A stretch of 40,264 nucleotides of DNA from Candidatus Hydrogenedentes bacterium UBA2224 (GTDB taxonomy: Bacteria; Hydrogenedentota; Hydrogenedentia; Hydrogenedentales; SLHB01). The stretch lies in NCBI GenBank assembly GCA_002348185.1, contig DDYW01000063.1, positions 3,336 through 43,599 of the forward strand, read 5' to 3'. The translations under genes and the position numbers were made by a program. The notes beneath the pieces were generated by a model. It was not told where the DNA came from and made no database searches. It worked only from the letters and a program-made list of their open reading frames with translations. This document shows positions 9,118 through 18,338 of this stretch, in pieces. Positions within the stretch are counted from its first letter, which is position 1. The number at the start of each line of letters is the position of its first letter.

Positions 9118-10113
9118 CTATTCCTCCGCTTGCTTCTCTTTCACTTTCTTCTGCCGCTGAATCTCGGCCAGATGCACGGGCTCTTTGCGGACCTTGCTCT
9201 CGAGGGCCCGGCGGCGCTCGTCGAGCATCCGGCTCGCGATCCTGCGAATCTGCGACTGGAACCACATGTCGGTCGAGGCCCCCTCACGGTAGTCGGCGGG
9301 CCCGATCATGTCGACGCGATCGGTCTCCTGAAGCATCAGCGCCTGCTCGTAGTGCCGCTGAGACCGGGGCTTGTAGACCGCAAACGCCAGTCCCCCGTGT
9401 TTTCGCACCACCGAGAACGACGGGATGTCGCTGGGGCCGTCGGCGACGTAGATCATGTTCTTGAACGGCACGCGGCGCTCTTCTTCCGGGATGGCGTCGT
9501 TCACCGTGATGCTGGACTCCTTGTTCACGCCCTTGTTGATTTCGAATAACGCCCGGGTTTTGGTCGTGTTGTCGAGCAGGGTTGCGATCTGGGAGATTTC
9601 CCCGTGCGCGGGGGCGCCGGAGAGATCGGTGTCGGGTTCGGCGGGGGTTTCGATGAATTCCGAGGCCCAGACCCCGTCGAGCTTCTCGGCGATTTCCGAG
9701 CCGCGGATGATTTCCGCCAGACCCGTGCTAACCACGTAGTGTTCGAGCCGGAGATCCCCCTCCGCGTACTCCGGCTCCTTGACAATCGTCTTGAGCCGGT
9801 CAAGAAAGAAAGGCAACCCCCGGTAAAACGTGATATTCTTGCCGAGGTCCCGCAGTCTCGCATTCGTAAGCCCCTTGAACCGCCCCGCCCGCACATACGA
9901 CAGAATATGACCCAGGTAACACGTGTCCCGTTGCACGTGAATTCCCGCCTGCCGGTAATAGGCGGGCAACCTGCCGACCTGCTCCCAGAAGGTGTTTTCG
10001 TCGACGTCGTAGGCTTCGAACAACGGCTTCTGCATATACTGCGGCGACAGCGTCCGGTCAAAATCCCAGATCACCGCGATGACGTTCTGCAGGAACAATC
10101 CTTTATCCGTCAC
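9118..10113 (-). CDS. HAD-superfamily hydrolase
   Basis: Motif I WDFDRTL, motif II VVSTG, motif III K, motif IV YVADGPSD. GTG 10113 has AGGAG 7 nt upstream. Confidence 0.85.
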   Translation of the reverse strand: MTDKGLFLQNVIAVIWDFDRTLSPQYMQKPLFEAYDVDENTFWEQVGRLPAYYRQAGIHVQRDTCYLGHILSYVRAGRFKGLTNARLRDLGKNITFYRGLPFFLDRLKTIVKEPEYAEGDLRLEHYVVSTGLAEIIRGSEIAEKLDGVWASEFIETPAEPDTDLSGAPAHGEISQIATLLDNTTKTRALFEINKGVNKESSITVNDAIPEEERRVPFKNMIYVADGPSDIPSFSVVRKHGGLAFAVYKPRSQRHYEQALMLQETDRVDMIGPADYREGASTDMWFQSQIRRIASRMLDERRRALESKVRKEPVHLAEIQRQKKVKEKQAEE

Positions 10114-10236
10114 GGACGAGCTCCTCTCTGTCTGAGTCTTGCCCAAACCATAGCAAGACGCCCGCAGCGGTACAAGACCGGGGCCCGTTCAGGCGGCGTT
10201 TACGCGGTGCAGGCCGCGTGCATACCGGCCAGACAC

Positions 10237-10272
10237 AAAACCGCCCGCCGCGGCGTTTCCGGGGCGGGCGGT
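10237..10272 (-). terminator. Intrinsic terminator downstream of pckG
   Basis: GC-rich hairpin ACCGCCCGCC...GGCGGGCGGT followed on the minus strand by TTTT, ~20 nt after the pckG stop. Confidence 0.7.
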
Positions 10273-10292
10273 AAACCGGTGTGCGGGGCGGC

Positions 10293-12227
10293 CTAGAGGT
10301 CCTGCGGCCTGACGATGGGCCCTTTGGCGGCCTTCAAGGCTTCGAGTTCGGCTTTCTGCGTTTCGTAGATGGTAAAGATGGTCTGGCTGACGCCCTCTTC
10401 CTTCTTCCATGCTGCGATTTCGAGATCAATCAGCATCAGGACATTGTCGATATACAGCGAGAACTGCTTTGTGTACAGGTCTTCGCTGTAGTCTTTATTG
10501 TGTTTCTGCTTGAAGATCTTCTTGAGATCTTCGTACTTCGGGATCATGCCGATGGGGATCTCGAGCGCCTGGACATCGCCGTGCGCATACAATTCCAGCC
10601 ATCCGAGCCATACGTGCACGTCTTTCTTTTCGCCGAGGAGTCCGGTCCGGTTCTCGCCCCGGTTTTCCCGGGTGAGGAAGTAATTCAGTCCCGCAATCAC
10701 CGGTTTCTTCTGGAGATTGGGATTATTGAAAAACTTGAACTGGGCATCGAGGTAGTCGCCCAGTTGGCCCGGGATGAAGGGCGCATTGGCCCAGGGCTGA
10801 CGGCGGATGCCGGAGGCGCCGATTTCGGTGGCGGTGGCTTTCGACACAATGGATGCGCCGATGACCACGCCATCGTCCATGGTCTTGGCCACCCAAATCG
10901 GGGGCATGGTGTCGGAGTCGCGGCCCGAATACGTGACCACGGCGATGGGGGCGCCGGCCGGGTCGGCGTTGACCGCCTTGTTGTGATTGGCGATGGCTTC
11001 CGAGAGCAGGGTGCACCGGGAATTCGGGTGGGACATGGGCACGTCCGTCATGGCGGGCGTCCATTCGCCCTGGAAGTTGATGCCGCGTTCCGGGACGGGC
11101 TCGCCGTCGCCCACCCAGCGCGGTTTCTTGTTCTCGTCGATGAGCACGTTCGAGAAGATGACCTCGGCGCCGGGCTCGCGCAGGCACTTCATGAGGTGGG
11201 GATCCCCCTCCCGGTTCACGTCTTCAAGGATGCCGAAGATACCGATTTCGGGGTTGATCGCGCGCAGGGTGCCGTCATCGGCGATCCAGAGCTGCGCCAG
11301 GTCGTCGCCAACAAAATCGGAACCGACCATGGCCGTGGTGGTCTTCCCGCAACCGGAGGGTGCGGCGCCGGCAAAATAGGTCTTTCTGCCGCCCGGGCCG
11401 GTCATGCCGGTGATAAACATGTGCTCGGACAGCTCGCGGCCTTTGTGCTTATAGATGGCCGTATCGGAAGCAAGACGATGGTTGCCTTTCTTCATGAGCA
11501 GCGTGTTGCCGGCGTACGTGCAGAACATCGAATAGGTCGTCTGCCAGGACCGGTCCATGTAAATGCGGCAGTTGGGAATGTCCTCCGGCCGGTTGGGGCC
11601 TTCCGAGTGGACGTTGGTGAAGAACTCGCCGCGCCGGTCGACCTCAGCGTCGAAATCCGCGTAACAGTTGCGGTACAGCAATTCAGCGGAGTGCAGCACG
11701 TATGTGGAACTGGAGATTTCGATGGCCGGTATCGAGGCCTGGGCGCCGACCGGTCCGCGGGAGTAAAACCCGACGAACATGACCTTGCCCTTCATGATGC
11801 CGGTCATGTGCTTCTCGATGTACGCGTGCGATACGCTGCGCAGCTCTTTCTGGGCCATTGACGAGATGTGTTCGTCCTCGTTGACGATGTACAGGGTCTG
11901 GCTGAGCAGACGGCCCTGGTCCTCGGGAAGATCAAAGTGGTAGGTGTGGCCCGGAATCGCCAGGGGCGTCTCCTCGCCCTTCTCGATGCTGTACTTCCTG
12001 ATGAAGTCCTTGTCCGCGTCGGATCCGGTCAGCACCATGATCGTGTCGGGCTGGCACAAGGCGATTGCGTTGGCGATCTTCAACAGGACTTCTTCATGGG
12101 TGATCCGGGAAAGCCTGGCGAGGTGCTCGTTATCCAGTTTGTTTTTGAACAGTCTTCGGGCCTCCTCGATAGAGTCAATCCCACCGACGGCGGAAAGGAT
12201 GTCCACGCCCTTCTTGAATTCCAGCAT
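10293..12227 (-). CDS. pckG: Phosphoenolpyruvate carboxykinase (GTP)
   Basis: YAGNTLLMKK, EHM, GAAPSGCGKT (P-loop), VGDDLA, NPE.G.FG, HPNSR. GGAGAGA RBS precedes ATG 12227. Confidence 0.93.
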   Translation of the reverse strand: MLEFKKGVDILSAVGGIDSIEEARRLFKNKLDNEHLARLSRITHEEVLLKIANAIALCQPDTIMVLTGSDADKDFIRKYSIEKGEETPLAIPGHTYHFDLPEDQGRLLSQTLYIVNEDEHISSMAQKELRSVSHAYIEKHMTGIMKGKVMFVGFYSRGPVGAQASIPAIEISSSTYVLHSAELLYRNCYADFDAEVDRRGEFFTNVHSEGPNRPEDIPNCRIYMDRSWQTTYSMFCTYAGNTLLMKKGNHRLASDTAIYKHKGRELSEHMFITGMTGPGGRKTYFAGAAPSGCGKTTTAMVGSDFVGDDLAQLWIADDGTLRAINPEIGIFGILEDVNREGDPHLMKCLREPGAEVIFSNVLIDENKKPRWVGDGEPVPERGINFQGEWTPAMTDVPMSHPNSRCTLLSEAIANHNKAVNADPAGAPIAVVTYSGRDSDTMPPIWVAKTMDDGVVIGASIVSKATATEIGASGIRRQPWANAPFIPGQLGDYLDAQFKFFNNPNLQKKPVIAGLNYFLTRENRGENRTGLLGEKKDVHVWLGWLELYAHGDVQALEIPIGMIPKYEDLKKIFKQKHNKDYSEDLYTKQFSLYIDNVLMLIDLEIAAWKKEEGVSQTIFTIYETQKAELEALKAAKGPIVRPQDL

Positions 12228-12376
12228 CGTTCTCTCCGTATGGTTTACGTCCGGATATGCCTGTCCTTCAGACTTCACGGTCCATATATGGCATGGGCTC
12301 CTTTTGCCGGCCACGTCCATCCAGGGTTCCGCCCAGCCTGGAACAACGCGCAAAAGGAGTCCAAAGAGGTTGCGTG

Positions 12377-12405
12377 ATGATAATGAGGATAGCGCCTGAG
12401 ATCAA
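12377..12405 (-). promoter_or_regulatory. Candidate sigma70 promoter for pckG
   Basis: TTGATC-17 nt-TATCAT on the minus strand, ~150 nt upstream of the start. Confidence 0.4.
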
Positions 12406-12484
12406 GAGAAAATTCGTCCGCATCCCCTCCTGCGCGGTCCAGCCCGGCGCTTCAGGTCGCGCAACGCTGCCGCGCATCCCGGCC

Positions 12485-14176
12485 TCAGGAATGGAATTCC
12501 ACCCCGAAAAGCTTCGCTTGGCGAAGCTGGAACCGGAGCATGACCGGGGTTCCCTCGTGGTTGAGGCTCTCTTCCCCGTTCCACGTGACGGGGATGGCGA
12601 GTCCATCGCCCACAATCCGGTCGGCATCGTCAAACGTCCTCCCGGGGATGTCGCTGCCTGAGCCAAATTGCCTGACGGCCACCCGGATGTACCCCGTGGG
12701 CTTGACCGACGCATTCAGCCGGATCGCATTGCCCCGGGGAACGACGGCCAGCGTGGCGAACTCGCCTTCTTCGTCGCACTGCAGGGCTACGAGCCGCCCT
12801 TTGGCCCACGTGGCGAGGCCGCCCTCACCCGGCACCCCTGGAAACAGCCCCCGGCGCTTTTCGAAGTTCCGGCCCGGATACTTGTGCGGAATGGGATTCG
12901 CGCCGTAAGTCACACCCCAGAGGTCTCCGGGGTACTCCAGCAGATTGCCGCTGCAGACCACGTAACCGCCCGAGGAGGTTCCCGCTGCGCCCGTTTCCAC
13001 CACGGGGCCTCCGGGCACCTGCGACCACACCGTGCCGTCGGGGCTTGAAAGCAGCCATGTGGAACCGCCGTCGCTCTCCAGTTCCCAAAGCCAGGGGAAC
13101 ATGACGTGATTGTCGGGTATGCCGGGAAGGGTCGTCTTGCAGTTGGTGTAATACAGGTGACTGGGGGGCATGTGGGCGCCCGTCGATACCACGATCTCGG
13201 GTTTGCCGAAATGCCGGAAATCCCTGCTGACGGCGCGCCCGATCGAGCGCCGCCCGGCCGCAATCCAGCCGTCGGGATTGACGGCCTCCATGCCGGGCGC
13301 TTTGACGTGGGCCTGCCACGCCCGCACATAGGCCACATATTCCTTGCGGTCGACATCGTAGTAGCACGTGTTCAACGTGTCCGCGTGCTGGATCATGAGG
13401 GGTTCCGGCAGGGAGGTCCAATGGATGCCGTCGGGCGACACCGCGCCGAACACGGCGACCACGCAGCGAAATCCCCCCACGTCCTGTCGGCGGGCCATGG
13501 TGTCGACTTCATCGGGGTAGTTTGCGGCGAAGGCGGCCCACTCCTCGTCGGTAATGATGCCCAGATAGAACATCTTGTAGCGTTCCTCCGCCGATGAGGG
13601 GTCGATGAAGACGCTTCCACCGTGGAATCCCCGCGTCGAACCGTTGAGGTCGCCCCGAAACACGAGGTTGTTCTCCGTGCTGCCCGCGAACTCGAAGAGT
13701 CCGAGTTTGGGGAGGTCCCAGTGCACGCCGTCCACGGACTCCGCATACGCGATGTGGGCGTTGTAACCAGGCAGGATGCGCTCCTTGGTGCTGTACGGTT
13801 CCGGCTCGGCGCAGGGGCCCATGGTGTACCAGGACTTGTATTTACCCTCGTCGAAAACCTGCGCGGCAAGCTGGCCGGGCTGGAAAGGCCGTTTTTCCGC
13901 CTTTTGACCAACGAGCCGGATTCCCCGCGGCATGTCGCTGAGTGCAAACCGCGCTGGACGCGTGCCGTCGCCCTCTAGCCACGCGCCCACGTTCTTTTCC
14001 TCTTCCGTGGCATCGGGGGCATGCTCGATCTGCCAGGCAAATCCCCCCTGGCGCACGTATTTCCAACTGGTGAAGTAGATGAAGTCGCTCTTCAATTCGA
14101 TGGGCTCGCCGTAAAACCGGTCGACCTGTGCTTCTGCGGAAAAACACGACACGGCCAGGGTCAGCCACAGCAGCAT
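12485..14176 (-). CDS. Secreted beta-propeller glycoside-hydrolase-like protein with Asp-box repeats (start could instead be 14215)
   Basis: Signal peptide MLLWLTLAVSCFSAEA|Q. Repeats AESVDGVHW, AVSPDGIHW, AVSRDFRHF, LSSPDGTVW. C-terminal beta-sandwich-like region ending LRFQLRQAKLFGVEF. Confidence 0.65.
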   Translation of the reverse strand: MLLWLTLAVSCFSAEAQVDRFYGEPIELKSDFIYFTSWKYVRQGGFAWQIEHAPDATEEEKNVGAWLEGDGTRPARFALSDMPRGIRLVGQKAEKRPFQPGQLAAQVFDEGKYKSWYTMGPCAEPEPYSTKERILPGYNAHIAYAESVDGVHWDLPKLGLFEFAGSTENNLVFRGDLNGSTRGFHGGSVFIDPSSAEERYKMFYLGIITDEEWAAFAANYPDEVDTMARRQDVGGFRCVVAVFGAVSPDGIHWTSLPEPLMIQHADTLNTCYYDVDRKEYVAYVRAWQAHVKAPGMEAVNPDGWIAAGRRSIGRAVSRDFRHFGKPEIVVSTGAHMPPSHLYYTNCKTTLPGIPDNHVMFPWLWELESDGGSTWLLSSPDGTVWSQVPGGPVVETGAAGTSSGGYVVCSGNLLEYPGDLWGVTYGANPIPHKYPGRNFEKRRGLFPGVPGEGGLATWAKGRLVALQCDEEGEFATLAVVPRGNAIRLNASVKPTGYIRVAVRQFGSGSDIPGRTFDDADRIVGDGLAIPVTWNGEESLNHEGTPVMLRFQLRQAKLFGVEFHS

Positions 14177-14538
14177 CCGGGCGGCAGGCCCCGAAGCACA
14201 GCGGCCGACAAACATCGCGAACCAAGCTCGTTTGTCGTCTCTCACGTCTTTTTGCTCCAATGGGTTGAAAATCATGGAGCCGGGGAAACACCCGCGGCTT
14301 CCGGTTCTTTCATCAATTTGCAGACGGTTCGGACCACAGCGAGATGGAACCGCGTCCATTCTCCCCCCCCGGCGTTCCCAAAAACGCGCCATTGGAAATC
14401 TCCCCCGGGCCGATCGTTTCCGTGCAGTATACCTGACGCGCTGCCCCACGCGTGATTCTGTTTTATCGGAGGCCCGGGTGCGCTCGTGCCAAGGTCAGCG
14501 GCGGGTGTAGAGTCCGGGACACGACGGCGGGTGCACAA

Positions 14539-14567
14539 TGAAACACTCCTGAAACAATGTTGTTTCA
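14539..14567. promoter_or_regulatory. Candidate transcription-factor operator
   Basis: Perfect 8-2-8 inverted repeat TGAAACAA-TG-TTGTTTCA (14550-14567), plus an extra TGAAACA half-site at 14539. Confidence 0.55.
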
Positions 14568-14673
14568 CTTGGATGTGTTCGTTGCCCGGGCATACGCGGC
14601 ACCGCGGGGGGCAGAACCCCCTGTTCGGACTGCAAAGGATCCAACGCCCGGAAGTCTTTGCAGGAGTGGTACT

Positions 14674-16563
14674 TCAGGATGAACGTCGGCTCTCGGAGGC
14701 ATCGAACTGGTTCTTGTATTGGAGCTGATAGAGCCGGTGATAGAGTCCGCGTTGTTCGAGCAGTTCCCGATGGGTACCCGTTTCACGGATCTCGCCGTGA
14801 TGCATGACGACGATTCGGTCGGCGTTTTGAACGGTCGAGAGGCGGTGCGCGATGACGATGGAGGTCCCGCCCTGCATGAGTTTGCGGATGGCGTCCTGGA
14901 TGAGGGCTTCGGTTTCGGTATCGACGCTGGAGGTGGCCTCGTCGAGGACGAGTATCTGGGGTTCGTGGGCCAGGGTTCGGGCAAAGGCCAGCAACTGGCG
15001 CTGTCCCGTGGAGAGGTTATTGCCCCGCTCCCCCACATCGTAGGCGTATCCGCCCGGCATCTTCTCGATGAACCGGGCGGCGTTGACGTAGGCCGCGCAC
15101 TCGCGCACCCGTTCCATGGTCAGGTCCTCGTTGCCCAGGCGGATGTTCTGCTCGATGGAGCCGGAAAACAGAAACACGTCCTGCAATACGGTGCCGATGC
15201 GCCGCCGAAGCGCCGTTTTCTCATACTGCCGGACATCCACGCCGTCGATGGTGATGCTGCCGCGCTGCACGTCGTAGAAACGGCTCAAGAGGTTGATGAT
15301 GGTCGTTTTGCCCGCGCCGGTATGTCCGACGATGGCAATGCGTTCCCCCGGGGCGATGGACAGGTTGATTCCCTTGAGGATCCACTGGCCGGGCTCGTAG
15401 GCGAACCACACGTCCTTGAACTCGACGCGGCCTTCGAACCGGTCCGGGACGATGGCATCCGGAGCATTCTGGATGTCTTCCTCGGTGTCGAGGAGCTCGA
15501 AGATGCGTTCGGAGGAGGCCATGGCTTCGAGAAGGAGGTTGTACCGGTCCGCGATGGTGCGGATGGGCGAATAAAACCGTTCCGCCCACTGGATGTAGGC
15601 GAACAGGGTGCCCACGGAGGCGCCCACGGCATCCCCAAAGCGCAGGAAACGGTCGCCGATGTAGAGCACAATCAGCCCGATGGCCAGCATGCCGAGGAAA
15701 TCCACGACTGGGAAATAGACGGCGTAATTGCGGACCTGCCGGAACCATTCGTCCCGGTGGTCCTGATTGCGTTTCCGGTATTCCTCGTAGGTGGGCTCCT
15801 CGGCGGTGAACATCTGGACGATGCGCATGCCGCTGACCATTTCCTGGGCGTAGGCGTTCATACGGGCGAGCCGTTTTCGGATCTCGATGTAGGAACGGCG
15901 GGCGTATCGGCGAAATACGAAGCCGGTGACAAAGACGAACGGCACGGTCGTCATGATGATGAGAGCGAGCTGCCAGTTCACCCACAGCATGAACGCCAGG
16001 ATGACGAATACGGTGAGCAGATCGCTGACGACCTGCACCATCCCGGCCACGATGGTCTCCTGGATCTTCTCGACGTCGTTCGTCACGCGGGTCATCAGGC
16101 GGCCGATGGGATTGCGGTCGAGGAAGCGGAGCGACATGCGCTGCAGGTGTTCGAAGATCTGGAGGCGCATGGTGAGCATCGTCTTCTGGCCGACATAGGC
16201 CACGATGACGTTTTGCAGGTAGCGCGCCAGGGTTTCGCCCAGCATCAGGCACGCAATGATCAAGATCATGGCGCCCAGGCCATGGCGGTCGTGCGCGATG
16301 AGCCCTTCGAGCGCCGGCGAGGCCGCGGCGCCGGCCGCTTGCTCCTGAAGGGCTATCCGTTGCGGATTGCCGATGTAGTTGTCGAGGACCACCTTGTTGA
16401 GGTACGGGGCAAGGTTGGCGAGGACCGACGCACCCAGGAGGAGCGCCACCGCGGCCACCATGGCGGGGCGGTACGCGCGCAGGTAACCCAGCAGGCGGCG
16501 CATCAGATGGCGGTCGTACGCGCGCTGCTGGGCTTCGTCCTCGATGTGATACCCTTCGCTCAT
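14674..16563 (-). CDS. ABC exporter TMD-NBD subunit (MdlB/YheH-like)
   Basis: TM domain, Walker A GHTGAGKT, signature LSTGQRQ, Walker B ILVLDE, IAHRLST. Confidence 0.92.
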   Translation of the reverse strand: MSEGYHIEDEAQQRAYDRHLMRRLLGYLRAYRPAMVAAVALLLGASVLANLAPYLNKVVLDNYIGNPQRIALQEQAAGAAASPALEGLIAHDRHGLGAMILIIACLMLGETLARYLQNVIVAYVGQKTMLTMRLQIFEHLQRMSLRFLDRNPIGRLMTRVTNDVEKIQETIVAGMVQVVSDLLTVFVILAFMLWVNWQLALIIMTTVPFVFVTGFVFRRYARRSYIEIRKRLARMNAYAQEMVSGMRIVQMFTAEEPTYEEYRKRNQDHRDEWFRQVRNYAVYFPVVDFLGMLAIGLIVLYIGDRFLRFGDAVGASVGTLFAYIQWAERFYSPIRTIADRYNLLLEAMASSERIFELLDTEEDIQNAPDAIVPDRFEGRVEFKDVWFAYEPGQWILKGINLSIAPGERIAIVGHTGAGKTTIINLLSRFYDVQRGSITIDGVDVRQYEKTALRRRIGTVLQDVFLFSGSIEQNIRLGNEDLTMERVRECAAYVNAARFIEKMPGGYAYDVGERGNNLSTGQRQLLAFARTLAHEPQILVLDEATSSVDTETEALIQDAIRKLMQGGTSIVIAHRLSTVQNADRIVVMHHGEIRETGTHRELLEQRGLYHRLYQLQYKNQFDASESRRSS

Positions 16564-18335
16564 GCCTCCTCGATTTCCTTTTCGAGCAACTGGCGGCGGT
16601 GCATGTCCGCATAGAGGCCGCCACGTTCGACCAGTTCTTCGTGCGTGCCCTCCTCGACGATTTCCCCGTCGTCGAGGACCAGAATGCGGTCGGCGTGGCT
16701 GACGGTCGAGATGCGGTGCGACACGATGACGCTGGTGCGTTCCCGCATGACATCTTTGAGCCGGCGTAGAATCTCCTCTTCGGTGTGGGTATCGACGCTG
16801 GACAGGGCGTCATCGAGAATGAGGATCCGGGGCTTGCAGACCAAGGCCCGGGCGATGGTGAGCCGCTGTTTCTGCCCGCCCGACAGGTTGATGCCTCGCT
16901 CGCCCAGAAGCGTGTCGTAGCCGTTGGAGAGGCCCTGCAGCGTGTCGTTGAACTGGGCGATCTCGCAGGCCCAGTCCAGGTCTTCCGGAGACGCCCCGGG
17001 ACATCCGAGCGTCAGGTTCGCCCGGATCGAGTCCGAGAACAGGAACGGATCCTGGGGCACGCACCCGATGTGGCGCCGGAGGACCCGGAGAGGAACGTCC
17101 CGGATATCGCGGCCATCGACGGCGATCCAGCCATCCTGAGGGTCGTATTCGCGGGCCAGCAGGCTGAGGAGCGTCGATTTTCCCGAGCCGGTGGGGCCGA
17201 CGATGGCGACGGTCTGGCCCACGGGGATTTCGACGGAGATGTCCTTGAGCACCGGCTGTCCGTTGTAGGCGAACGAGACCCCATGAAAGCCGACGGCGCC
17301 CGCGAGCGATTCGATGCCCGGGTCGGTCCGGTCGGAATCGCAAATGGCGGGTTCGCGGGTGAGGATCTCGAGGATGCGCGACATGCTGACGGCGCCGCGC
17401 TGGTAGAGGGTCAGCACCCAGCCGAATTCCGCGAGCGGCCAGGTGAGCATCACGAGGTAGACGATAAAGGCCGAGAGGTCGGCCAGGCTGAGGGTTTGCG
17501 AGATGACCATGCCACCGCCGGTCCACAGAATGATCAGGGCCGACGCGCCGATGGTCGTACCAATCAGCGGCCACGCGAGCGCCATGATGAGGGTAAGTTT
17601 GAGGCTTGCGCGCATGTATTTGCGGGATTCGTTGCGGAAGTCGCGGATTTCGCGGTCGGCGATGCCGTAGGCCTGGACGACGCGCGCGCCGGCGAGGTTT
17701 TCCTGCGCGCGCGCGCTGACGGTGGAGAACTGTTCCTGCACGCGCTTCGACTGCCGGTGCATGTACATCATGAAGAAATAGACCACCAGCGAAATGAACG
17801 GCAGGGGGATCAGCGCGATCCCCGTGAGTTTCGGGCTCAGGTACGTCATCGCGGCAAGCGTAAACGGCAGGCGGACCATGTTGACGGTGTTCATCACACC
17901 GGGTCCCACGAACATGCGCACAAAGTTCAGATCGTTCGTGGCGCGGGCCATGATGTCGCCGGTGCGCAGGGAATGGAAGAACTCCTGCGACAGATGCTGG
18001 ATCTTCCGGTAGTAGACATTGCGCAGGTCGTACTCGAATTTGCGCGATGCCTTGATGATGAGCATGCGCTGGACGAAGCGGGCCAGCCCGGAGCAGACGG
18101 GAATAATGAGCAAGAGGGCGAAGCTGAACAGAAGAAACCGGAAATCGAGGCTGCGGTTTTCAAACCGCTGAACGACGGCCCGGACCACCATCGGCATGCA
18201 CAGGTCGATGGTGACGAAAAACAGGCCCACCGCCGCCCCGATGATGTAGGCCCGGGCGTAGGGCCGGTTGAAATGGAGGAAAGCGCGGAAGGGTTTGTTG
18301 GGCGCCAGCGACGCGACCCGCACATGTTCGTTCAC
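16560..18335 (-). CDS. ABC exporter TMD-NBD subunit (MdlA/YheI-like)
   Basis: TGDIMARATND, Walker A GPTGSGKS, LSGGQKQR, non-canonical Walker B ILILDD. ATGA overlap with its partner gene. Confidence 0.92.
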   Translation of the reverse strand: MNEHVRVASLAPNKPFRAFLHFNRPYARAYIIGAAVGLFFVTIDLCMPMVVRAVVQRFENRSLDFRFLLFSFALLLIIPVCSGLARFVQRMLIIKASRKFEYDLRNVYYRKIQHLSQEFFHSLRTGDIMARATNDLNFVRMFVGPGVMNTVNMVRLPFTLAAMTYLSPKLTGIALIPLPFISLVVYFFMMYMHRQSKRVQEQFSTVSARAQENLAGARVVQAYGIADREIRDFRNESRKYMRASLKLTLIMALAWPLIGTTIGASALIILWTGGGMVISQTLSLADLSAFIVYLVMLTWPLAEFGWVLTLYQRGAVSMSRILEILTREPAICDSDRTDPGIESLAGAVGFHGVSFAYNGQPVLKDISVEIPVGQTVAIVGPTGSGKSTLLSLLAREYDPQDGWIAVDGRDIRDVPLRVLRRHIGCVPQDPFLFSDSIRANLTLGCPGASPEDLDWACEIAQFNDTLQGLSNGYDTLLGERGINLSGGQKQRLTIARALVCKPRILILDDALSSVDTHTEEEILRRLKDVMRERTSVIVSHRISTVSHADRILVLDDGEIVEEGTHEELVERGGLYADMHRRQLLEKEIEEA

Positions 18336-18338
18336 GGC

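Noticed and set aside
14478-14493. TTGGCACG on the minus strand as a sigma54 -24 box
   Set aside because: There is no TTGC -12 element at the required spacing.
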